DNA of 62,675 bases from Lachnospiraceae bacterium (lineage in GTDB: Bacteria > Bacillota > Clostridia > Lachnospirales > Lachnospiraceae): contig JAILDZ010000064.1 in assembly GCA_024688505.1 (NCBI GenBank), positions 1 to 62,675 of the forward strand, read 5' to 3'. Each line of letters starts with the position of its first letter. Positions within the stretch are counted from its first letter, which is position 1. This document shows positions 1 to 10,100 of this stretch, piece after piece. The translations under genes were made by a program, and so were the position numbers. The notes under the pieces are model-generated. The model worked only from the letters and a program-made list of their open reading frames with translations. It did not search any database and was not told the origin of the DNA.

Positions 1-185
1 CCATCAAACTAATGTAGTCTGATGAGGATATATGCTTTCTTCTATAATAATTAGTATCGAGTATAATCATTTTGATTATTAGTGTCAACACGCTACTCTT
101 TATCTACTTAAGAGGCACGAAGTCTCGACGTCGTTACCTTGTGGTAAAATCAACTATTTGAGCAGAAAAACCGTATTGGCTTCTC

Positions 186-214
186 TTGCATTTTTGGGGA
201 GAGCATGCTATTTT
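186..214 (+). promoter_or_regulatory. Putative sigma-A promoter for the pilin gene leader
   Basis: TTGCAT (186-191), 17-nt spacer, then TATTTT (209-214) preceded by TGC (extended -10-like). Confidence 0.4.
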
Positions 215-291
215 TTTAAAAGACAATAACTTGGGAGCATATCCGTTATCGATATGTAAGCGATTTATTATATGATTGCTTGACGGATATG

Positions 292-317
292 GCTTGACGG
301 ATCTGTCAAGCTTTTTT
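292..317 (+). terminator. Intrinsic terminator in the 5' leader of the pilin gene (possible attenuator)
   Basis: GCTTGAC-6 nt-GTCAAGC hairpin followed by TTTTTT, about 40 nt before the CDS. Confidence 0.6.
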
Positions 318-357
318 GATTTTTCGTGTGCACCGGTCCGGGCGGACCGGAGGCGGT

Positions 358-975
358 ATGGAGGTTGATGAACAGATGAAGGATCAACGGAAAAACAGGA
401 TAGGTGCGAGAGGCACGGGCGGTTTTACGCTGGGAGAACTTCTCATTGTCGTGGCAATCATCGCCGTGCTGGTCGCTATCGCTATCCCCGTTTTCAGAAA
501 CAAATTGGAGCGTGCCCGCGAGGCACATGATATCTATACCATGCGGCAGGCAGCCTCCGCGGCGATTGAACTGTACTACGCGGGGATTACCGACAATACC
601 AGCGCCACAGAAGCAGGGTTGGCATGGTGGGGCTCCCCCGGCGCTGCTAACGCAAATGCATGGGGCGTTTATGATCCGGAGAACGGCAAGTTCATTCCCA
701 CGAAAAATACAAGTACCAAACCCTATGGAAAGGGGACAAAGATCGACGGCAAAACGGTTTATACGTCTGAAGACGGCCGAAAAGCCTACGATGCAAGTCT
801 TGACTATACCGACGGAGTCGTCATGGTAGCCATTTATCCGAACGGAAACAACAAGCACGTGGACATTTACTGGAAGTACACACATGCAATGGATGGCCAC
901 ACCGACAACGCGTATATCGGCGGGGATCAAGGCGCAAGCAACCCCAGATACAGCCTTCGTATCCCACTTAATTAA
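358..975 (+). CDS. Type IV pilin-like protein (prepilin N-terminal cleavage/methylation domain)
   Basis: G|FTLGELLIVVAIIAVLVAIAIP class III signal with Glu at +5. Start at ATG 358 (GGAGG at 349) or ATG 376. Confidence 0.85.
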   Translation: MEVDEQMKDQRKNRIGARGTGGFTLGELLIVVAIIAVLVAIAIPVFRNKLERAREAHDIYTMRQAASAAIELYYAGITDNTSATEAGLAWWGSPGAANANAWGVYDPENGKFIPTKNTSTKPYGKGTKIDGKTVYTSEDGRKAYDASLDYTDGVVMVAIYPNGNNKHVDIYWKYTHAMDGHTDNAYIGGDQGASNPRYSLRIPLN

Positions 976-1003
976 ACACGGGACGCGCACCGTCAGGCGC
1001 AAT

Positions 1004-2443
1004 TCATTGTCGAATCAGTTTCACAACTGATTCCACCCCCGTAGTATTCGGGAACATGTCCACGCAGCAAAGCCTCCTTGGCCTGTATCCCGCTTCCATG
1101 AATGCCGGCAGATCTCTGGCCAGGCTGGTGGGCTTGCATGAAATATACAGAATCTCATCCACCCCATAACCTATCAGTTTAGGAAGGGCTTTGGGATGTA
1201 TCCCGTCCCTTGGAGGATCCAGGATGATCATATCAGGCTTTTCTTCTATCTCGTCGATCACTTTTAACACGTCTCCGGATATAAAGTTGCAGTTATAGAT
1301 CCCGTTTATGGCTGCATTTTCCTTTGCCGCCTCCACAGCTTCTTCCACTATCTCCACTCCGATGACATTTTTTGCTGCAGGGGAAATGATCTGTGCTATG
1401 GTACCGGTTCCCGAATACAGGTCGAAGACCGTCTTTCCGGATATGCCCCCGGAAATATAGTCTCTGGCGGTTTGATAAAGGACTTCTGCGCCTGAGGAAT
1501 TAGTCTGAAAAAATGAAAAGGGAGTGATCCTGAACGTAAGACCCAGCAGAACATCTTTAATATGATCAGATCCGTAAAGGATATCCGTCCCCTGGTCCTC
1601 TATCACATCAGCCACACGACCGCATCTGGTATGAATGATGCCTTTCACGTTCAGCTTGCTGATAATGGCATCTTTCCATCCTTCCAGCAGCTCCTTCTCA
1701 TATTCTTTATCCATAGTAGTACAGGCTGCAGTGTTTTCCTCTTTCACAGACGCAACAGGCGCTGTTACCAGATCAATAAGAAGCTCACCTGTGAATTCCC
1801 CTCTCCTTAAGAGAAGGTGCCTTAAATATCCTTCTCCCGTTCTTTTATGCAGGTACGGTGTGCCCTTTCCCCGGAAATACTCTAAAGTGATCCTTGCGGC
1901 ACATCGCATATCTTCATTCATTATGCGGCATCCTGAAGCATCCACTATGTCATAGAAGCTGCCTCTCCTGTGAAGCCCCAGCATCAGAGGGCCGTCTTTT
2001 TCACTGTCCCCGAAGGACAGTTCCATCTTGTTTCTGTAGCCTTCACGGATTGGGCTATCCTTTATGCCTTCATATATATTGTCATATGTCTCCTCACCTA
2101 TAACGGGAGAAAGCAGCCTTTTTATCTGGTTTTCTTTGATTTTAAGCTGGTTATGATATTCTATGGTCTGATACTGGCATCCACCGCATATCCCCGCCAT
2201 TTCACAGGGTTCAGTACAGTTTTCAAAAGGAGACTTCTCCACCACTTCAATCAGTGTACCTTTGCCTGTCCCACCGTTTTTTCCTTTCCTGTGTATCCTG
2301 AATTTCACCTTCTGACCTTCTATGACACCGGATACCTGAAACTTATATGCTTCTTTTGAGCCCTCATCCACATAGGATACTGTACCCTTATTGGGGAAAT
2401 CCGTGCTTTCTACTGTGCCTGTAAGTATATCGCCCTTTTTCAT
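1004..2443 (-). CDS. rlmD: 23S rRNA (uracil-C5)-methyltransferase RlmD family
   Basis: TRAM-like N-terminus, CxxxxxCGGC Fe-S motif, SFFQTN, DLYSGTG, DPPR, YISC, DMFP motifs. Confidence 0.92.
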   Translation of the reverse strand: MKKGDILTGTVESTDFPNKGTVSYVDEGSKEAYKFQVSGVIEGQKVKFRIHRKGKNGGTGKGTLIEVVEKSPFENCTEPCEMAGICGGCQYQTIEYHNQLKIKENQIKRLLSPVIGEETYDNIYEGIKDSPIREGYRNKMELSFGDSEKDGPLMLGLHRRGSFYDIVDASGCRIMNEDMRCAARITLEYFRGKGTPYLHKRTGEGYLRHLLLRRGEFTGELLIDLVTAPVASVKEENTAACTTMDKEYEKELLEGWKDAIISKLNVKGIIHTRCGRVADVIEDQGTDILYGSDHIKDVLLGLTFRITPFSFFQTNSSGAEVLYQTARDYISGGISGKTVFDLYSGTGTIAQIISPAAKNVIGVEIVEEAVEAAKENAAINGIYNCNFISGDVLKVIDEIEEKPDMIILDPPRDGIHPKALPKLIGYGVDEILYISCKPTSLARDLPAFMEAGYRPRRLCCVDMFPNTTGVESVVKLIRQ

Positions 2444-2469
2444 GTATTATCCTTTCGCATATCTAGAAT

Positions 2470-2498
2470 AAAAAAGGCCTCGCAATAAAGCGAAGCCT
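2470..2498 (-). terminator. Intrinsic terminator downstream of the small membrane protein
   Basis: Minus strand AGGCTTCGC-TTTATT-GCGAGGCC followed by TTTTTT. Confidence 0.65.
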
Positions 2499-2527
2499 CT
2501 TACCTAATCACTTAAAATTCGACCCTG

Positions 2528-2719
2528 TCAGTCCTCATCCTCAAAAAGATCGTCATCATCAAAATCATCGTCAAAGGCATCATCCAGGTCATCGATGAAC
2601 TCATCATCATAATCCGGCTTGAAATAGCGATAAATGAGATAAGCAATCCCGGCCACAGCAGCAAGCGCCACCACTATTCCCAGGATAGTACCGATAGTCT
2701 TCTTCATAGATTTGCTCAT
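2528..2719 (-). CDS. Small single-TM protein with acidic tail, function unknown
   Basis: 63 aa with one hydrophobic helix and an Asp-rich C-terminus; GGAGG RBS upstream. Confidence 0.7.
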   Translation of the reverse strand: MSKSMKKTIGTILGIVVALAAVAGIAYLIYRYFKPDYDDEFIDDLDDAFDDDFDDDDLFEDED

Positions 2720-2763
2720 ACTTCTCTATGCCTCCTGTTCACCATATAACAAAAAGAATTTTA

Positions 2764-4974
2764 TCACACTTTCTCCAAACGTGCAAACGAAGCAAACATC
2801 TTTTTTGTACCCGCAGAATCGAAGTCTACGGTCACTTCATAGTCCTTTCCGCCATCGTTTATGAGCGTCACTGTGCCCGTACCGAACTTCTGATGGCGCA
2901 CCCTGTCCCCCTCGGAATAGTCCAGTGCTTTCTTCTCTATCTTCGTCCCGAAGTTTTTCACAGGTAGGGGCTTTCTGAATACAGGCGAAAGAGATTTTAC
3001 GGATTCGCCTCTTCCTTTCAAATCTGCAGGATTCCTGGAATTCGGATCATATGTGCTTCCGGATATGAGATTTTCCGGTATTTCCTTCACGAATCTGGAA
3101 ATGGCATTATACTGGGTTTCACCGCGTATCATCCTGGTTCTGGCCGCCGTCATGGTAAGATGTGCCTTTGCTCTGGTTATCCCCACATAGCAAAGCCTTC
3201 TTTCCTCTTCCATTTCTGCTTCATCATCGATGGACATATAGCTTGGGAAAAGTCCGTCTTCCATACCCACCATATACACATTAGGGAATTCGAGACCTTT
3301 TGCGCTGTGAAGAGTCATAAGGGCCACATAGTCGTGGGTCTCATCCAGATTGTCAATGTCAGCCACCAGGCTCACTTCCTCTAAGAATCCGGAAAGTGAG
3401 GGTTCTTCGCTATCTGTCTGATATGTGACAGCCTTATTCAAAAGCTCGTCTATATTCATGATGCGGTCTTCAGCTTCATCTGTGCCTTCAGCCTCGAGCT
3501 CTGCTATATATCCTGTGTTCTCTGTGATGTCACGTATGAGTTCCGGCACGGTGCTTTCTTCCGAAAGTACCCTCAGTCTGTCTATAAACAGAGAAAAGGC
3601 ATTCAGTTTTTCACCGGTCTTACCCATTCCGGGAATTTCTTTCCCCCTGGATACGGCCTCAAAAAAGCTTAATCCGTTTATCCTGGCATATTCAGATACT
3701 TTATTTATGGTAGTCTGTCCTATACCCCTCTTCGGCACATTTATGATACGTTGTACCGAAAGATCATCAGCGCTGTTATCCACGGTCTTAAGATATGCCA
3801 GCACATCCTTTATCTCTCGTCTGGAATAGAAATTCACTCCGCCGAATATCTTATACGGTATATTCGCCGCTATGAGTTTCTCCTCCATCAGACGGGACTG
3901 TGCATTGGTCCTGTAAAGGATGGCATCATCCTTATACTCAAAAACACTCTGCTTTTTCAGCCTGCCTATGTTTGATGCCACATAATCGGCCTCTTCATAA
4001 GCACTGTCAAAGTGTTCAAAGACTATTTTTTCTCCGGCTTCCTGTTCTGTCCACAGCGCCTTTTCCTTACGGTTCCGGTTATTGGCTATAACGCCGTTTG
4101 CAGCGTCAAGTATGCTGCCTGTGGATCTGTAGTTTTGCTCCAGCTTTATTACCGTCGCATCCGGATAATGCTTCTCAAAATTCAGGATATTATATATATT
4201 GGCGCCCCTGAATTTGTAGATGGACTGATCATCGTCACCCACCACGCATAGATTATTCTTACCCGAAGAAAGCAGCCTCACCAGTTCAAACTGTGCAGTG
4301 TTCGTATCCTGATACTCATCCACCATCACATACTCAAACTTCTCCTGATAATAGGACAGCACCTCTTTATCCTGACGAAGAAGCTCCACCGTCTTCATGA
4401 TAAGGTCGTCAAAATCAAAAGCATTATTCTTACGCAGTCTGGCCTGATATTCCCTGTATACCTGACCTGTTCGCTCTTTATTAAAGTCTCCCGCTGCGGC
4501 TGCCAGATATCCTTCGGCATCGAGAAGCTCATCTTTTGCGGAAGATATGGCGTTTATAAAGGTTCTTTCCTTATGGATCTTCGTGTCTATATTCAGATCT
4601 TTGCAGACCGCTTTCATTAAGGTCTTCTGGTCGTCGGCATCGTAGATGGAAAAATGTGTGTCGTATCCTATCCTGTCGGCAAATCTTCTTAAGATCCGCA
4701 CACAGGATGAATGAAAGGTGGCCACCCATACGCTTTCTGCGCCGTAAGACACCATGTTATTCACCCTCTCACGCATTTCTCCTGCGGCCTTGTTTGTAAA
4801 GGTGATAGCCATAATATGATAAGGAGACACACCCATATCTTCTATGAGGTGTGCCACCCTGTGTGTCAAGACTCTTGTTTTTCCCGATCCTGCTCCTGCC
4901 AGAATGAGCACAGGACCCTCCGTGGTCATGACGCCCTTTATCTGTTCAGGATTTAAATTTTCAGTAACAGACAT
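2764..4974 (-). CDS. pcrA: ATP-dependent DNA helicase PcrA (UvrD/Rep family)
   Basis: AGAGSGKT, TFTNKAA, DEYQD, GDDDQSIY, HSAKGLEF, EEERRLCYVGITRA motifs and Tudor-like C-terminus. Start moved to ATG 4974, just after the yerC stop. Confidence 0.95.
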   Translation of the reverse strand: MSVTENLNPEQIKGVMTTEGPVLILAGAGSGKTRVLTHRVAHLIEDMGVSPYHIMAITFTNKAAGEMRERVNNMVSYGAESVWVATFHSSCVRILRRFADRIGYDTHFSIYDADDQKTLMKAVCKDLNIDTKIHKERTFINAISSAKDELLDAEGYLAAAAGDFNKERTGQVYREYQARLRKNNAFDFDDLIMKTVELLRQDKEVLSYYQEKFEYVMVDEYQDTNTAQFELVRLLSSGKNNLCVVGDDDQSIYKFRGANIYNILNFEKHYPDATVIKLEQNYRSTGSILDAANGVIANNRNRKEKALWTEQEAGEKIVFEHFDSAYEEADYVASNIGRLKKQSVFEYKDDAILYRTNAQSRLMEEKLIAANIPYKIFGGVNFYSRREIKDVLAYLKTVDNSADDLSVQRIINVPKRGIGQTTINKVSEYARINGLSFFEAVSRGKEIPGMGKTGEKLNAFSLFIDRLRVLSEESTVPELIRDITENTGYIAELEAEGTDEAEDRIMNIDELLNKAVTYQTDSEEPSLSGFLEEVSLVADIDNLDETHDYVALMTLHSAKGLEFPNVYMVGMEDGLFPSYMSIDDEAEMEEERRLCYVGITRAKAHLTMTAARTRMIRGETQYNAISRFVKEIPENLISGSTYDPNSRNPADLKGRGESVKSLSPVFRKPLPVKNFGTKIEKKALDYSEGDRVRHQKFGTGTVTLINDGGKDYEVTVDFDSAGTKKMFASFARLEKV

Positions 4975-4975
4975 C

Positions 4976-5272
4976 TCACTCTTTATCCTCTGCCAGTCTG
5001 TTAAGCACCATGTCATAGGCATCGTTACCGTAGTTCAGTGCCCTGTTCACACGGCTTATGGTGGCGGTGGATGCCCCTGTTTCCTTGGCAATATCCATGT
5101 ATGTCTTTTCTTCTCTCAGCATTCCTGCCACCTGAAATCTCTGATTTATGGACTCCAGCTCATTTACGGTACAAAGGTCCTCGAAGAATTTATATACCTC
5201 TTCTCTGGTCCTTAATGTCAATATGCCGTCCATAAGCTTGTCCATCTCTTTACCATGAAGATTCTTGCTCAA
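4976..5272 (-). CDS. yerC: YerC/YecD family TrpR-like protein
   Basis: FFEDLCTVNEL and TGASTATISRVNR motifs; typical position upstream of pcrA. Confidence 0.88.
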   Translation of the reverse strand: MSKNLHGKEMDKLMDGILTLRTREEVYKFFEDLCTVNELESINQRFQVAGMLREEKTYMDIAKETGASTATISRVNRALNYGNDAYDMVLNRLAEDKE

Positions 5273-5288
5273 CTCTTTTTACCTTCCT

Positions 5289-6299
5289 TTACAAAATAAT
5301 AACGCCCTTAGACATTGCATAGTCCACTTCTTCCTGTGGCCAGATAGAAACCTGCACTTCCCCTATATGCACTTTTCTCAGGAAGAACATACATATTCTG
5401 GACTGACCGATGCCTCCGCCGATAGTGTATGGCACCTTTCTTTCCAGCACTGCCTTCTGAAACGGAAGTCCTGCTCTTTCAGGACATCCTGCCTTATCAA
5501 GCTGGCTCTTTAAACTGTCCTCATCTACTCTGATCCCCATGGAAGAAAGCTCCAGTGCGATATCAGTCACGGGATAATAAACGATGATGTCTCCGTTCAG
5601 TTTCCAGTCATCGTAATCCGGAGCCCTGCCGTCATGCTTCTCTCCGTTTGAAAGCAGGTCCCCTATCTGCATAAGGAAGATAGCACCGTATTCTTTAGCT
5701 GCCTTATACTCTCTCTCCTTTGCTGAAAGGTCCGGATACTTATCCAGAAGTTCCTGACTGGTGATGAATGTGATATCCTCCGGCAGAAAACACTTGATGT
5801 ATTCATACCGGTTGCTCATATACTTTTCCGTCACACGAAGAGCTGCATATACTGCTTTCACTGTATCTTTCAGTGTCTTTTCAGTTCTTTCTTCCTTCGT
5901 GATCACCTTTTCCCAATCCCACTGATCCACATAGATGGAATGGATGTTATCGGTCTCCTCGTCCCTGCGGATAGCGTTCATATCGGTATAGAGTCCTTCT
6001 CCGGGGTTGAAACCGTATCTGCCCAGAGCCATTCTCTTCCATTTTGCCAGAGACTGAACTATCTCCACTTCTCTGTCTCCCTGCTCCTTGATGCCAAAGC
6101 TGGCAGGGCGCTCCACTCCGTTCAGGTTATCATTAAGACCTGATTCCGGAGTCACAAAGAGCGGTGCGGAAACACGTCTCAAATTAAGTTCTGCCTGCAG
6201 CTGCTGCTGGAAGAAATCCTTCACGCGCTTAATGGCTATCTGCGTCTCTTTCAATCCCAGGGCCGGTTTATATCCTTCGGGTATTTCTATTTTAGCCAT
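5289..6299 (-). CDS. asnA: Aspartate--ammonia ligase
   Basis: VQSLAKWKR, HSIYVDQWDWE, RAPDYDDW, TIGGGIGQSR motifs. Confidence 0.95.
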   Translation of the reverse strand: MAKIEIPEGYKPALGLKETQIAIKRVKDFFQQQLQAELNLRRVSAPLFVTPESGLNDNLNGVERPASFGIKEQGDREVEIVQSLAKWKRMALGRYGFNPGEGLYTDMNAIRRDEETDNIHSIYVDQWDWEKVITKEERTEKTLKDTVKAVYAALRVTEKYMSNRYEYIKCFLPEDITFITSQELLDKYPDLSAKEREYKAAKEYGAIFLMQIGDLLSNGEKHDGRAPDYDDWKLNGDIIVYYPVTDIALELSSMGIRVDEDSLKSQLDKAGCPERAGLPFQKAVLERKVPYTIGGGIGQSRICMFFLRKVHIGEVQVSIWPQEEVDYAMSKGVIIL

Positions 6300-6308
6300 G
6301 ATGTCTCC

Positions 6309-7706
6309 TTATAATTCGCAAGTACCTACAGTTCTCGGGAAGGGAAGCACGTCTCTGATATTTCCTATGCCTGTGATATACATCACCATTCTCTCGAATC
6401 CCAGTCCGAAACCGCTGTGACGGGTGCTGCCGTACTTTCTCAGATCCATATAGAAATCATAGGTGCTCTCATCCATTCCCAGCTCCTTAATACGCCTGGA
6501 CAGAGTCTCATAGTCATCCTCTCTCTGAGAACCACCGATGATCTCCCCTATTCCGGGCACCAGGCAGTCCATGGCAGCCACGGTCTTTCCGTCCGGGTTC
6601 TGTTTCATATAGAAAGCCTTTATCTCTTTCGGATAATCTGTCACAAATACAGGCCTCTTAAAGATTTCTTCTGTGAGATATCTTTCATGCTCTGTCTGAA
6701 GATCACATCCCCAGCTCACCTTATAGTCGAATTTATCATTATGTTTTTCCAGCTCTTTGATGGCATCGGTGTATGTGATACGGCCGAAATCTGATCTCAC
6801 CACATGCTTCAGTCTGTCGAGAAGGCCCTTGTCCACAAAGCTGTTAAAGAATTCCATCTCTTCCGGAGCATGTGTAAGGCAATAATCAATGATGAACTTT
6901 ATCATCTGCTCAGCCAGTATCATATCGTCTTCCAGATCGCAGAATGCCATCTCCGGCTCTATCATCCAGAATTCTGCGGCATGTCTGGTGGTGTTTGAGT
7001 TTTCTGCCCTGAATGTGGGGCCAAAGGTGTAGATATTCTTAAATGCCTGTGCAAATGCTTCGCCGTTCAGCTGTCCGGAAACCGTGAGGTTGGTGGATTT
7101 ACCGAAAAAGTCCTTAGTATAGTCCACTTCGCCGTTTTCCATAGGAAGTTCGGATAACTGAAGGGTGGTCACCTGAAACATCTCTCCTGCTCCTTCGGCA
7201 TCAGAGCCTGTTATGATGGGAGTATGGACATATACGAAATCTCTTTCCTGGAAGAATTTATGGATAGCATATGCCACCAGAGAACGAACCCTGAACACTG
7301 CCTCAAAGGTGTTGGTCCTGGGTCTTAAATGTGTCAGCGTACGGAGATACTCCATGGTGTGTCTCTTTGGCTGAAGGGGATAGTCCGGTGTGGACTCTCC
7401 TTCCACCATGACCTCTTTCGCCTGGATCTCGAATGCCTGCTTAGCATCAGGAGTCAGCACCAGCTCGCCTTTAACGATAACTGCCGCTCCCACATTAAGA
7501 TGTGCCACTTCGTCATAATTATTGATTACATCGATGCTGTATACCACCTGTACCGGTGAGAAAAACGTACCATCATTAAGTACGATAAATCCGAAATTTT
7601 TAGAGTCACGATTATTCCTTACCCATCCTCCCACAGTCACTTCTTTTCCTGCGTACTTTTCGGTCTCTCTGTAGAGTGTCCGGATGTCGGTCATACTGAT
7701 ACTCAT
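6309..7706 (-). CDS. asnS: Asparagine--tRNA ligase
   Basis: OB-fold [44 protein letters not shown]. Confidence 0.96.
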   Translation of the reverse strand: MSISMTDIRTLYRETEKYAGKEVTVGGWVRNNRDSKNFGFIVLNDGTFFSPVQVVYSIDVINNYDEVAHLNVGAAVIVKGELVLTPDAKQAFEIQAKEVMVEGESTPDYPLQPKRHTMEYLRTLTHLRPRTNTFEAVFRVRSLVAYAIHKFFQERDFVYVHTPIITGSDAEGAGEMFQVTTLQLSELPMENGEVDYTKDFFGKSTNLTVSGQLNGEAFAQAFKNIYTFGPTFRAENSNTTRHAAEFWMIEPEMAFCDLEDDMILAEQMIKFIIDYCLTHAPEEMEFFNSFVDKGLLDRLKHVVRSDFGRITYTDAIKELEKHNDKFDYKVSWGCDLQTEHERYLTEEIFKRPVFVTDYPKEIKAFYMKQNPDGKTVAAMDCLVPGIGEIIGGSQREDDYETLSRRIKELGMDESTYDFYMDLRKYGSTRHSGFGLGFERMVMYITGIGNIRDVLPFPRTVGTCEL

Positions 7707-7739
7707 TTTCTTATATCCTCCTAAACAATAACTTATGAT

Positions 7740-7801
7740 AGTTTAACGCAGTAAAGCGTGAAGTGCAAGGACTTGTCTGATTTTTAAAAAATACTTATAA
7801 T
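7740..7801. promoter_or_regulatory. Divergent sigma-A promoters (asnS on minus, DUF4317 gene on plus)
   Basis: Plus: TTGTCT (7773)-17-TATAAT (7796-7801). Minus: TTGCAC (7768-7763)-17-TAAACT (7745-7740). Confidence 0.55.
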
Positions 7802-7836
7802 GTGGAAACAGTTTTGAAACAGAGGTATTAAATATC

Positions 7837-9066
7837 ATGAATAAACGTGAAGTTACAGAGATAAAAAGACGTCTGAAAAAGGAGTCCTGTACCATCACCA
7901 GGATGGCAGGCTGCTATGTGGATTCAAGCAAAGAAAAGGTGCTCACCTTTAATAATAATTTCCTTAATCTGGAAGATGTAGAGTTTCATAAATACCTGGA
8001 GATTGCCAATAAATGCCTTTCCGGGAAGCTGGGAAATAACCTTCTGGACTTAAGCTTCGATCCGTCCGCTGAGGAAGCAGGCGGTCCGCAGCATTCCATT
8101 CTGGCTCTGAGGGACAGCGGTCTTAAAGATGAGAACATGCTAAATGCCTTTTATGACCATGTTATAGAGACCTATGATACAGTAAATAACTATCTCATAC
8201 TGCTCTTTCACGACGCATATGATGTACCCATGAAGTCTACTGATGAGCTCTCTCTCGGTGAATCCGATGAGGTATATGAATATATCCTTTGTGCCATATG
8301 CCCTGTGAACCTTTCCAAACCTGGTCTGGGCTATCATCCGGATGATAATTCCATTGCCGCTCTTGACAGAAGCTGGGTGGTGGGCGCCACAGAATCGGCC
8401 TTTCTGTTCCCGGCCTTTAACGAAAGGTCTGCAGACATCCATTCTGCTTTTGTTTATACCAAAAACACCAAGGAGCCCCATAAGGAATTCTGGGAGCTGG
8501 GTCTGGGATGTGTGTCCAGATTCACATCCGCGGAAAAGCAGAATGCATTTAATAATATGGTGAAGCATGCCGTAGGCGGTGACGAGGAAAAGCTTTCCGA
8601 TATACTGACAGATGTATCCGAAAATATCTCTGCCTTTATAGAGGAAGAAGCTGCCACATCAGAAAAGGAAGAACCCATCATCCTATCCGAAAAGGAGATC
8701 ACACCCATCCTCACAGACAGTGGTCTTTCCGAGGAGCAGGCTGAAAAAGTATCGAAGGAATTCAAGACCTTCTTTAATGAAGAACCCCCCGAAGCCGGAG
8801 AACTGCTGGATTCAAAGCTTCTTAAGGACAGTGAACTTAAAAATGAAAAGAAAGCTCTGCAGGAAAAAGTGGTGGAACTTGAAAATGAACTGGAAAGATC
8901 CGGTCTCGTCACAAAGAACGGTGAAAAAGCAGATATCGTGGTAAATGTAAACGATGAAAAAGCAGAACTGATCTCTGCCGGATTCGTGGATGGCCAGAGA
9001 TGCCTGATCATTCCTTTAGAAGCAGATGACGAAACCACCATTAACGGTGAACTTCAGTATTTCTAG
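7837..9066 (+). CDS. DUF4317-like conserved clostridial protein
   Basis: N-terminus MNKREVTEIKRR..CTITRMAGCYVD and FLFPAFNERSADIH resemble DUF4317 (recalled, not searched); GAGG RBS. Confidence 0.7.
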   Translation: MNKREVTEIKRRLKKESCTITRMAGCYVDSSKEKVLTFNNNFLNLEDVEFHKYLEIANKCLSGKLGNNLLDLSFDPSAEEAGGPQHSILALRDSGLKDENMLNAFYDHVIETYDTVNNYLILLFHDAYDVPMKSTDELSLGESDEVYEYILCAICPVNLSKPGLGYHPDDNSIAALDRSWVVGATESAFLFPAFNERSADIHSAFVYTKNTKEPHKEFWELGLGCVSRFTSAEKQNAFNNMVKHAVGGDEEKLSDILTDVSENISAFIEEEAATSEKEEPIILSEKEITPILTDSGLSEEQAEKVSKEFKTFFNEEPPEAGELLDSKLLKDSELKNEKKALQEKVVELENELERSGLVTKNGEKADIVVNVNDEKAELISAGFVDGQRCLIIPLEADDETTINGELQYF

Positions 9067-9068
9067 AC

Positions 9069-10097
9069 TTAAAAGTTCATATGTGAAACAAAAAGATCAT
9101 TAAAATCCCCGTGGTTTGCAAGCTCCACATGCGAAGCGCGCCCGGGGATCTTTTTTATCTCTTCAGGATCTCCGCCTGCCAAAAGCTTACTGCATCCAAG
9201 AAGTGAAGTATTTCCGGCCATTTTTGTCTTCTTTTCAAGTTCAGTGGGAATAAGACCTATAGACGCGGCTTTTTCTATAAGAAGATTACTTCCGAAATTC
9301 CCTGAAAGATACACAGTCCCTATATCTTCATGATCCACTCCGGCTTCTTTCATCAGGACTTCCACGCCGGCTCTCACAGCGCCCTTTGCCAGCTGCACAT
9401 CTCGTATATCGTCCTGAAGCACAGTATATTTATCATAAATATAGCCGTTTTCCAAATAGGAGTCATCTGTGAAAGTGCCATACATATCTATGACATGGCT
9501 TTCTTTCAGGTCGCAGATCATATCAATGACCTCGCTTCCGTACATTCCCGGGCGGCCCCCTTCAAAGGCCGGTCCCGCAGATGCCGAGGCCACATAGATC
9601 CTGTCCTTATTACCCAGAGCCATTTCTCCGTTCGTTCCGAGGTCTATGAGAAGGCTCATCTCTTCTTTTTCATGTATGGAAAGGCCGTATATGCCGGCAG
9701 TGATATCCCCTCCCACAAAAGGTGCTATGCCGGGAAAGAAAAAGGCTTCATGTCCCATGAACTGTCCTTTATATGAGCCCTCATATCCGCTATGAAACGG
9801 GGCGTGTGAAAAACCCTCAGTATCGTATCCCATAAGAAGGCAGATCATCACATTGTTTCCTGCCAGTGCGATACTTTCGTCTGTCGGGATATCGGATAGC
9901 AGATCGGAGAGATCTTTACGCACTGTCTCCATCAGGGCCTTCTTTCCCTGTTCCTTAAGAGAACAGCCTATACGGCTTATCACATCTCTGCCGTATTTTC
10001 TCTGACTGTTCATTATGGTACCTGTGCTTTTGCCATGTTCATATACTATGGTTGTGGTGCCAAGATCTATTCCTATACCCTTTTTATCGGATGTCAT
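9069..10097 (-). CDS. ASKHA-domain protein, RACo/DUF4445 (corrinoid reductive activator)-like, short form
   Basis: DLGTTT, YGRDVISRI, FVGGDI, DLGTNGE, SAGPAFEG, QLAKGA motifs. Confidence 0.8.
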   Translation of the reverse strand: MTSDKKGIGIDLGTTTIVYEHGKSTGTIMNSQRKYGRDVISRIGCSLKEQGKKALMETVRKDLSDLLSDIPTDESIALAGNNVMICLLMGYDTEGFSHAPFHSGYEGSYKGQFMGHEAFFFPGIAPFVGGDITAGIYGLSIHEKEEMSLLIDLGTNGEMALGNKDRIYVASASAGPAFEGGRPGMYGSEVIDMICDLKESHVIDMYGTFTDDSYLENGYIYDKYTVLQDDIRDVQLAKGAVRAGVEVLMKEAGVDHEDIGTVYLSGNFGSNLLIEKAASIGLIPTELEKKTKMAGNTSLLGCSKLLAGGDPEEIKKIPGRASHVELANHGDFNDLFVSHMNF

Positions 10098-10100
10098 TCT

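Noticed and set aside
19-130. CTGATGAG suggesting a hammerhead ribozyme
   Set aside because: No stem II followed by GAAA and no flanking stems could be found; the region is also cut by the window edge.
268-1002. 244-aa minus-strand ORF opposite the pilin
   Set aside because: Antisense shadow; the plus frame has the prepilin motif and an RBS.
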